Positions 55,893 to 64,000 of a stretch of 64,000 bases of DNA are shown piece by piece. Source of the stretch: Candidatus Hydrogenedentota bacterium (GTDB lineage: Bacteria; Hydrogenedentota; Hydrogenedentia; Hydrogenedentales; SLHB01); contig CAVUWV010000036.1 in NCBI GenBank assembly GCA_963745075.1, positions 192,001-256,000 of the forward strand, in the 5' to 3' direction. A program made the position numbers and the translations under genes. The notes beneath the pieces were generated by a model that saw only the letters and a program-made list of their open reading frames with translations, did no database searches and was not told where the DNA came from. How positions within the stretch are numbered: position 1 is the stretch's first letter; every line of letters begins with the position of its first letter.

Positions 55893-56007
55893 CATCATTC
55901 TGTGCGGAGCCTGCCGAACCTGACATTGCGCGCGGGGTGGGGATGAAATCTTCCGGCGTGTGGGTTAGAATCAAATTCGGGTGTAGTGTGGGACACGGGG
56001 TTTCTCC

Positions 56008-57301
56008 ATGCGATCCAGCGAGGCTCGAAGAAAATTCAAGCTCGCGGATGAGCTGTACCGCGACAAGAAGTACACCGAGGCGTTGACCGTGCTCGAGAAG
56101 CTCGACGCGGAATTCCCCAACGCCAAGAACGTCATGTACCCCCAAGCCATGTGTCTGGCCAAGCTCGGCCGGGCCAAAGAAGCCCATGAGATCTGCCAGA
56201 AGCTCAAGGCCATCTACAACGATCCCCGCGCCGATAAACTTATGCAGAAACTCGCCGGGGTCGTCCCGCAGGCCCGGCCGCCCATGTTCGATCCGAACGC
56301 GCCCGGCGGCGGTTTGGCATTCAACCCCTTGGACTTGGGCGATATCGGGCCCGTCCCGGGAAACGAGGGCGCCGATCCGATGGGACTGGGCGAACTTTTT
56401 GCGCCCAAACCGGGTGCGGCGCCGCCACCCCAGATCGACACGGCCCCCAACCGCAAGTCCCTATACATCGGGCTCGGCGTGGCCGGCGGGATACTGGTAC
56501 TGGGCCTGCTTTGTCTGCCACTCTTCGTCGGCGGATCGAAATCGGCCGACACGGCCCAATCGACTCAACCGGCGAACGCCGAACCTGCGGACGACAGGCC
56601 CCAGATCTATTGGTTCAATTCCTACGACACCGCCAAAAACGCATCCCTCGACAAGGTCGCGCCTACCTTGCTTTTCTTCTACAACGCGGGAAGCGACGAC
56701 GCCACCAAGATGATGGAGGAAACTTGGAAAGAGCCAAGCATCGCCCATCTTGTTAAGGGCTGGACCTGCGTACGAATCGACACCGAAGCCGACCCCGATA
56801 CGACCTCGTATTACGAAGTCACGGAAGTCCCAACCACCATTGTCGAAGATGATTGGAAGGGATCCGTATTCCAACAGACCGGTTATGTCAGCGCGCAGGA
56901 CTTTTACAACGCTGTGCAACCGTTGGAACTGAAAGTCATTCGAAGCTCCCGACTTCAGGGACGTGAGCGTCGGACGATGGGCGGTCGTAGTGATTCTGGG
57001 TCTTCTGCAGGCCGCAATCGGAATGTATCTCACCTTATTGCTCGTCCGGAAGCTTCCAAATGATGAATTCTTGAAAGATATTGTCAGTGCCGGACTCGTT
57101 GGGGTGGGAGTCAACGTTCTTTTCGGATGTCCATGTGTGGGGCTCGTCGCAGGCTATTTCATTTTGCATGCAATTTACGAGTTCGAGTTCATCGACTATG
57201 TCGCCTACCTCGGCGTTTCGACTGTTATCGGTGCGCTGAACTCCGTGCTCATTGCTGCGGTCCTTGGCATTCCCGTCGAACAGTTAATTGGCTTACTTTA
57301 G
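56008..57301 (+). CDS. Membrane protein with TPR, Pro-rich linker, TM, thioredoxin-like domain and C-terminal TMs; frameshift near 56940
   Basis: TPR-like helices, thioredoxin-like W..SYD.A...LLFFY...VPT; ORFs 56008-57063 and 56963-57301 join after removing one T. Confidence 0.7.
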
Positions 57302-58112
57302 GAAAAACGGGGACCGTGACCATTTTCCTCGATCCCCGAATCGACCGCGCAGCTCTTCCCGTCGTTCGGTCGAGCCATGCAGCGGCAAACCGTTGCACCC
57401 ATTCCGGCTCATTGCCGTCGAATAGTGCCGCCGTTTGCCACGCCCGCAACCGCCATCGTGACAGCACGATCCTCAGCAGCGATTCGTCAAACGTGCCCAG
57501 CGCCGCGTCCAGTTCGCCCAGATTCTCGTCGTAAACCGTCCCTAGCAGTTCCTCCACATCTTGAATCGTAGAGATAAGAAACCGGTTCGTCGCCAGATAG
57601 TCGGGATACCGTCGCGCGCGATCCTCCGGAGGTGTTACCTTCGCAATCGCGAAGGGAAAATCGCGATTGATGTGGGCGTGAATGCCCAGCAACGCATGTT
57701 GAAAGACCGTCACGTCTTCCGACCGCGCAGCATCGAAGGCAACGATCCACGCCTCCGGAACCTCGTCCAGACGGCCGCATTCGTAGTCCAGAAGGGCCTG
57801 GCGATACAGATTCGCGAAAACCAACAGAAACGCGGCCGTCCAATCCGGGTCCTTGAAGGACCCGTCGTTAATGGCCGCCACCGCCTCCTCGGTGATCAGC
57901 CGGTAAACGGCCGCAAACACCGCACGCGCATCGTTCTTCTGCGCAAGTGCTTCTTCGAGTTGGGCCAGGCGGACCGGTACGTCGCCGTAAATATCGTATG
58001 GTTCTTCCACAAGAGCGATCAGCGCCGGGTCGCCGGAGGACGAAGCGGCTGCGCGACCGACGGCGCAGGCCGCAAGTGCCAAGATCACCCACAGGATACG
58101 GGCCGCGTTCAT
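57249..58112 (-). CDS. DUF5995-like secreted hypothetical protein
   Basis: F..VY..IT, FANLY, W..AF, LGIHAHINRD motifs; signal peptide. Confidence 0.72.
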   Translation of the reverse strand: MNAARILWVILALAACAVGRAAASSSGDPALIALVEEPYDIYGDVPVRLAQLEEALAQKNDARAVFAAVYRLITEEAVAAINDGSFKDPDWTAAFLLVFANLYRQALLDYECGRLDEVPEAWIVAFDAARSEDVTVFQHALLGIHAHINRDFPFAIAKVTPPEDRARRYPDYLATNRFLISTIQDVEELLGTVYDENLGELDAALGTFDESLLRIVLSRWRLRAWQTAALFDGNEPEWVQRFAAAWLDRTTGRAARSIRGSRKMVTVPVFPKVSQLTVRRECQGPQQ

Positions 58113-58210
58113 GTCCAACGGTTTTCCACCAGATCGGAATTGCCTGTCGTGAACCGGCGTGAGGCGGCGCCAGTGTAGCGCATACTGCCTGGGCCGGAAA
58201 ACGTTACGGA

Positions 58211-58885
58211 CTACGCGGTCGTGGTGCTGTTGCTGTCCGCCGTGGACGTGGTGTCGGAGAACGACGTAGACACGCCGTTCGGGCCGATGGTGAGTTGGAA
58301 GTTCTGCGGGCTGTTCGATCCGGACAGGGACTCGCCGACGGCCATCAGGGTGCCTTGCGGGTCGCGCAGATAGCCCAATCCCGCCGGGAACTGCACCGCG
58401 GCCGTCCGGACCATGCTCGCTTCGACGCTCAGCCGTTGAAACGCATTCGCCAACGCGGGATGGGCTTTGAACAGCGCCTCGATCATGTCTTTATTCGGAT
58501 GGTCGTTCGCCACAACCACGTTTCCGGAAGAATCGGTCGTGAGCACCAGTTCGGGCACTTTGTCGACGGGTAACTGGTTAAGAAGACCAGTCAGTTCTTG
58601 CCGGAAGGCGGCAATATCTTCCTCCAGTTTCGCGGCAAGTTTCGGCGGCAGATTGCTGAACCGGTCGCTGCTCACGCTCGTCGTCCCGTCGGTCTGCTTG
58701 GTCATCGCGGCCGCGCCGTTCCCCTTCTGGGCCGCTTCCAGCAGTTTGGCGAAAGCGGTGGAATCTATTGTCACCGCTTTATTTGCAGCCTTTGCCCGGC
58801 CCCCCGCGCCAATCCCTTTGAACTCGTGCAGCAGGCCGCGCGCGGCGTGCAACAATTGAACGCCTTCCAAAATCGGGAACGCCAT
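58211..58885 (-). CDS. Hypothetical protein
   Basis: AGGAGGAG RBS; 224-aa ORF with natural composition. Confidence 0.7.
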   Translation of the reverse strand: MAFPILEGVQLLHAARGLLHEFKGIGAGGRAKAANKAVTIDSTAFAKLLEAAQKGNGAAAMTKQTDGTTSVSSDRFSNLPPKLAAKLEEDIAAFRQELTGLLNQLPVDKVPELVLTTDSSGNVVVANDHPNKDMIEALFKAHPALANAFQRLSVEASMVRTAAVQFPAGLGYLRDPQGTLMAVGESLSGSNSPQNFQLTIGPNGVSTSFSDTTSTADSNSTTTA

Positions 58886-59121
58886 GGGACTCTCCTCCTG
58901 CCGTCAAACACAACCAGTCCTCGCAAAGAGAGCAACATGCGTGCCCAAGGCGACGTATCCGGCACATCACACCACCCAGTGCCGCTGCCGCATTCCATAC
59001 CCCTGCGGCAGGGTCACGCGCGATTCTCCATGATTCGGGTATCGGCCAAGTGGTAGAATGGTGGGATGAAGAACGCCAATCCCGGTGTTCGACCTTGAAT
59101 ACATCAGGCGTTCCAAGACCC

Positions 59122-61125
59122 ATGAGACAAGACTTCGCAAAACTTCTCAAACAACTTCGTAAGAACACGCCCGGAGTAGACTTAACTCTCGTGCGAAAGG
59201 CCTATCGCTTTGCCGGCGAGGCCCATCACGGCGTCGAGCGTGAGTCGGGCGACCCCTATATTTCCCACTGCGTCGAGGTCGCCCTTATCCTGGCACAATC
59301 CAATCTCGATCCCACAACCGTCGCGGCCGGCCTGCTCCACGACGTGCTCGAAGACACCCGCATCACCCACGACGAATTCGAAAAGGAGTTCGGACCCGAG
59401 ATTACGTCCCTGGTCGACGGCGTGAGCAAGATCAAAACCATGAAATGGTCCACCCCGACCCCGAGCCACCAGGAAAAGCAGGCCGAGAATCTCCGCAAGA
59501 TGCTCGTGGCCACGGCGCGCGATGTCCGGGTAATCCTGATCAAACTCGCAGACCGGCTTCACAACATCCGGACCATCGAGTTCCTGAAAGAACCCAAACG
59601 CGTCGAACGCATTTGCCGCGAGACCCTCGATATCTACGCGCCGCTCGCACACCGGCTCGGTATTGCCCGCTGGAAATGGGAACTCGAAGACCACGCCTTC
59701 CACCATCTGAATCCGAATGAATACCGCAACATCGCCGCCCACGTTGCCATGAAACGCCGCGAACGCGAGGTCTGGCTCAACGAAACCATCAAGTATCTCG
59801 AAGACCGGCTGGCCGAAGCCGAGGTCACCGCGCGCGTCATCGGACGCCCCAAGCACCTCTACAGCATCTACCAGAAAATGGTGCAACAGGGGAAAGCCTT
59901 CGACGAAGTGATGGATATCCTCGCCGTCCGCATCGTCACCCAGACCGTTGCGGGTTGTTACAACGCCCTCGGTGTGGTCCACCAAATCTGGACACCCGTG
60001 CCGGGACGGTTCAAGGACTACGTCGCCATGCCCAAATTCAACATGTACCAGTCCATCCACACGGTCGTCATGCGGGAAGACGGGTTTCCCCTCGAAATCC
60101 AAATCCGCACCGAAGAGATGGACCGGACCGCGCGGGAAGGCATCGCCGCGCATTGGGCGTACAAGGAAGGCGGCAGCGACGCGAAACTCGACACCCAGCT
60201 TCGCTGGCTCCGCCAGATGTACGAATGGCTGCAGGACGCCCATGCCCCGGATGAGTTGCTCGACAGCCTGCGGCGCGACGTCGCCCGCTCAGACGTGTAC
60301 GTGTTCACGCCGACCGGTGAAGTCAAGGAGTTGCCGGAAGGCGCCACACCGTTGGACTTCGCCTATCACGTGCACTCCGACATCGGCCACCACTGCATCG
60401 GCGCGAAGGTCAACGGCAAGCTGGTCCCGCTGCGATACAACCTCCAAACCGGCGACGCGGTGGAGATTCTCACGTCCCGCGCGCAAAAACCGCATCTCGA
60501 CTGGTTGGAGATCGTCATCACGGGAAAAGCCCGCACGCGCATTCGTCAACGGTTGCGCGAACTGGGCGATCTCGAACCCTTGGAAGGCCAGTTGCGGCGC
60601 GATACGGTGCGCATCCTCCCGGAGACAAAGCGCAAAATCCCCCAGGTAGACGATGCCACCCGGGACAAGTTGATTCGGATCGAAGGGTCCAAAGGCATCG
60701 CCGTTCAGTTCGCCAAGTGTTGCCGGCCCATGCCCGGCCACGCCGTCATCGGGTACGCCACCAAGAGCCCCGGCATCACCATCCACCGGGCCGATTGCCG
60801 AAACTTCGCGAATACGAAACGGGACCCGTCCCGCATCATCGAGGCGTCATGGGACGGGGAAGAGCACGTGGAGATCGGAATGCGGGTCACGACCGGGCAG
60901 CGCCCCAACATGCTGGCCGACATCACGAACGCCATCCGCCCAATGAACATCAGCATCACGCAGGCCCAGTTCCTCCCCAGCGCCAACGGCAAGAGCCACT
61001 TCGAATTCGTCTTCGAAGCTCCGGATCGCGACAGCATCGCCCGTGTCGCCGCCACCATCCGCACCGTACCCGGTGTCGTCGAGGTTGTCCACATGCCCTC
61101 CGAACAACTCGAAAGCAACAAGTAA
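59122..61125 (+). CDS. relA/spoT: Bifunctional (p)ppGpp synthetase/hydrolase
   Basis: HD motif [41 protein letters not shown] and ACT domains. Confidence 0.96.
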   Translation: MRQDFAKLLKQLRKNTPGVDLTLVRKAYRFAGEAHHGVERESGDPYISHCVEVALILAQSNLDPTTVAAGLLHDVLEDTRITHDEFEKEFGPEITSLVDGVSKIKTMKWSTPTPSHQEKQAENLRKMLVATARDVRVILIKLADRLHNIRTIEFLKEPKRVERICRETLDIYAPLAHRLGIARWKWELEDHAFHHLNPNEYRNIAAHVAMKRREREVWLNETIKYLEDRLAEAEVTARVIGRPKHLYSIYQKMVQQGKAFDEVMDILAVRIVTQTVAGCYNALGVVHQIWTPVPGRFKDYVAMPKFNMYQSIHTVVMREDGFPLEIQIRTEEMDRTAREGIAAHWAYKEGGSDAKLDTQLRWLRQMYEWLQDAHAPDELLDSLRRDVARSDVYVFTPTGEVKELPEGATPLDFAYHVHSDIGHHCIGAKVNGKLVPLRYNLQTGDAVEILTSRAQKPHLDWLEIVITGKARTRIRQRLRELGDLEPLEGQLRRDTVRILPETKRKIPQVDDATRDKLIRIEGSKGIAVQFAKCCRPMPGHAVIGYATKSPGITIHRADCRNFANTKRDPSRIIEASWDGEEHVEIGMRVTTGQRPNMLADITNAIRPMNISITQAQFLPSANGKSHFEFVFEAPDRDSIARVAATIRTVPGVVEVVHMPSEQLESNK

Positions 61126-61135
61126 TCCGAGGTTC

Positions 61136-63166
61136 ATGCCGGAACGTGTAAACATAGAGACGTTGGAAGCGGCGCCCTTTCGGATCGTCAGCGAATTCAA
61201 GGCGGAAGGCGATCAGCCGAAGGCCATCCGCGAACTGACGCGTGGGCTCCGGGAAGGGTTGGAGCACCAGGTGCTGCTCGGCGTGACGGGTTCGGGCAAG
61301 ACCTTTACCATTGCCAACGTCGTCGAGAAGGTCAACCGCCCTACGCTGGTCATCGCTCCGAACAAGATTCTCGCGGCCCAACTCTATTCCGAGTTCAAAG
61401 GCCTGTTCCCGGAAAATGCGGTCGAGTATTTCGTCAGCTATTACGACTACTACCAGCCGGAGGCGTACGTTCCCACAACCGACACGTATATCGAAAAAGA
61501 ATCCTCGATCAACGACGAGATCGACAAGATGCGCCACTCGGCCACGCGGGCCTTGTTGACACGGCGGGACGTGCTGATCGTCGCGAGCGTGTCGTGCATC
61601 TACGGTATCGGTTCGCCGGAAACGTACAACGCGTTGCGCGTGGAACTCGTTCCCGGAGAGACGCTGGAGCGCGAAACGCTCATTGCCGGTCTCGTCGCCA
61701 TGCAGTACGCACGGAACGACGTCGACTTCTATCGCGGCACGTTTCGCGTGCGCGGCGACACCATCGACATCTTTCCGGCCTACGAAGCCGAAATCGCGAT
61801 CCGCGTCGAGATGTTTGGCGACGAGATCGATGGGCTTTACGAAATCGATCCGCTGCGCGGCAACGTGAATCGCAAGTTGCGCCGCACGACCATCTACCCC
61901 GGTTCCCATTACGCGACGACGGCCGATACCTTGCGCACCGCCATCGAAGGCATCGAATTCGAATTGGCCGAGCGCCTGAAAGAACTCGAAGTGGAGAACC
62001 GCCTGCTCGAAGCGCAACGCCTGGGCCAGCGCACGCGGTTCGACATCGAGATGCTGAGCGAGATCGGCTACTGCAACGGCATCGAAAACTACTCGCGCCA
62101 TTTGGACGGCCGCATGCCCGGCGAACCGCCCTACACGCTCATCAATTACTTTCCCGAAGACGGCATCATCGTGCTCGACGAAAGCCACATTACCGTCCCG
62201 CAACTCGAAGCCATGTACAAGGGCGACCGTTCGCGGAAAGACAAGCTCGTTGAATACGGCTTTCGCCTACCCTGCGCCAGGGATAACCGGCCCCTGAAAT
62301 TCGCGGAGTTCGACAAGCTCGCTGGTCAACGCATCTACGTTAGCGCGACGCCGGGACCTTACGAGTTGAAGACCAGCGAAGGCCTCATTGTCGAGCAGGT
62401 CGTCCGGCCGACCGGGCTCATCGATCCGGAAGTCGAAGTGCGCCCGGCGTCGTCACAGGTGGACGACCTCCTGGACCAAATCCGCAGCGTCACCGCGCGC
62501 AACGAGCGGGTCTTGGTCACTACGTTGACCAAACGCATGGCGGAAGATTTGACCGAGTACCTGCGCGACCTCAATGTCAAAGTTCGGTACATGCATTCGG
62601 ACGTGCAAACCCTGGAACGCATCGAGCTGGTTCGCGCGCTGCGTACCGGCGAGTACGACGTGCTGGTCGGCATCAATCTCCTGCGCGAAGGACTCGACCT
62701 TCCCGAGGTCGCACTCGTTGCAATACTCGACGCCGACAAGGAAGGCTACCTGCGGTCGGAAACGAGCCTGGTGCAGACCTGTGGCCGCGCCGCGCGCAAT
62801 GTCAATGGCCGCGTCATCATGTATGCGGACCGTGTGACGGGATCGATGGAGCGGGCCCTGGACGAAATGAGCCGCCGCCGCACGAAACAACTTGCGTACA
62901 ACAAGCAGCACAAGATCACGCCGCGCTCGATCCAGAAGGCCATCGCCGATGTCCTCAACAGCATCCACGAGCACGACTATGTCACCGTGGCGAAGGCCGC
63001 CGAAGAACACGACCTTTACGTGCCCACCTTCAACCTCGCCAAGACCGTCCGCGAGCTGAAAAAGAAGATGAAAGACGCCGCCGGCAAGATGGAATTCGAG
63101 AAGGCCGCCGAATACCGCGACCGCATCCTGGCCCTCGAACGGCGTCAGATTGAAGAAGGGCTGTAA
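61136..63166 (+). CDS. uvrB: Excinuclease ABC subunit B
   Basis: [46 protein letters not shown]-terminal UVR domain. Confidence 0.98.
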   Translation: MPERVNIETLEAAPFRIVSEFKAEGDQPKAIRELTRGLREGLEHQVLLGVTGSGKTFTIANVVEKVNRPTLVIAPNKILAAQLYSEFKGLFPENAVEYFVSYYDYYQPEAYVPTTDTYIEKESSINDEIDKMRHSATRALLTRRDVLIVASVSCIYGIGSPETYNALRVELVPGETLERETLIAGLVAMQYARNDVDFYRGTFRVRGDTIDIFPAYEAEIAIRVEMFGDEIDGLYEIDPLRGNVNRKLRRTTIYPGSHYATTADTLRTAIEGIEFELAERLKELEVENRLLEAQRLGQRTRFDIEMLSEIGYCNGIENYSRHLDGRMPGEPPYTLINYFPEDGIIVLDESHITVPQLEAMYKGDRSRKDKLVEYGFRLPCARDNRPLKFAEFDKLAGQRIYVSATPGPYELKTSEGLIVEQVVRPTGLIDPEVEVRPASSQVDDLLDQIRSVTARNERVLVTTLTKRMAEDLTEYLRDLNVKVRYMHSDVQTLERIELVRALRTGEYDVLVGINLLREGLDLPEVALVAILDADKEGYLRSETSLVQTCGRAARNVNGRVIMYADRVTGSMERALDEMSRRRTKQLAYNKQHKITPRSIQKAIADVLNSIHEHDYVTVAKAAEEHDLYVPTFNLAKTVRELKKKMKDAAGKMEFEKAAEYRDRILALERRQIEEGL

Positions 63167-63248
63167 TCTCCGTTCTCCTTGGCGCTGGCGCGCCTTTCCT
63201 CCATTCCCGTCAATTGATACAATCGTCCGATACAGCGAGGGACTCCCA

Positions 63249-64000
63249 ATGAGGCGTATCAGCTTTTTGCTCTCCGTTGCGGCGTTGATCATCGTCGTTG
63301 CATTTCCGGCGCTCGCGCAACGGAATCAAACCGGTTTCGGCGCGTCCACGCGCGACGCGTTCGACACGCCCAAGGTCCCGCTTGCCGAACCCCGAGACGC
63401 CGGAACCGCCCACGGATCCCTCCCTGGACAAGCGCGGCACGCAGCTCCAATCCCTTTCGCTGCGGGAACGGGTGTCGCAACTTATGCTCGTTACCCTGAC
63501 CGGCGCACCGCGGCCGGATGCGTCGGACCAGGAGCTGCTGGCAAAATACACGCCCGGCGGCGTGATTCTGCCGCCCATGGCGCGGCCGGCGACCGCCGCG
63601 GCCTACGTGAGTGCGCTGCGCCAAATGCCTTTCGAAATAGCCACCGGCCTCCCCTTCTTCATCGGAACCAATCTGTACGATTTGCCCCGGCGCGGAAACG
63701 CCAAGGTCGACAATTCATTCGTCGCGCTCCCCTCGCTGCTGGCCATCGCTGCCGCGAACGATCCCGATGTTACCGGACGCCTGACGGACCTGACCGCTGA
63801 ACACCTCACGCGCATGGGCTTCAACATGCACCTTGGGCCGTCCCTATCGCTGGCGCCCACGCTCCCCGACGCGAAGGGTAGCATCGATTGTCTCGGTTCC
63901 GATCCCGAATTTGTCGGGAACACCGCCGCCGTCATGGTCAAAACCATGACCGAGAAGGGCGTCGTGGCCGTGCCGATGGGCTTTCCCGGCGGCGGCGCCA
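63249..64000 (+). CDS. Secreted GH3 (NagZ-like) N-terminal domain protein; 3' truncated, frameshift near 63390
   Basis: Signal peptide; after removing one C it reads LSLRERVSQLMLV, PGGVIL, LPSLLAIAAAND, MGFNMHLGP, GSDP. Confidence 0.7.

Overview
GC-rich bacterial chromosomal segment. The gene content and repeat style suggest a PVC-like or Ca. Hydrogenedentota-type organism, but this is an inference only. The window holds, in order: two divergent acyl-CoA dehydrogenase paralogs; two DUF11-repeat surface proteins; sdhCAB; an ActP-like symporter; a carotenoid cluster (crtB, two crtI-family genes, an alpha/beta hydrolase, a GT2 and a CruF-like hydratase) divergent from a B12-binding CarH-type regulator with visible operator repeats; an M28 peptidase; queE-queD-queF; two toxin-antitoxin-like pairs; a PhoD-like protein; several hydrolases; a K+ channel; a YtrA/GntR-ABC locus interspersed with palindromic repeats; a penicillin acylase; relA/spoT; uvrB; and a truncated GH3-like gene. 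The standout is a tight four-gene operon at 27582-31786. It encodes a Zn-ribbon membrane protein, an RRE(PqqD)-radical SAM-SPASM enzyme, a DUF2207-like membrane protein ending in G9-CACACAGCACACACAGGGR, and a methyltransferase. It may be a system that post-translationally modifies the Cys-rich tail of a membrane protein. At least nine genes carry frameshifts that look like extra bases, most likely read or consensus errors.
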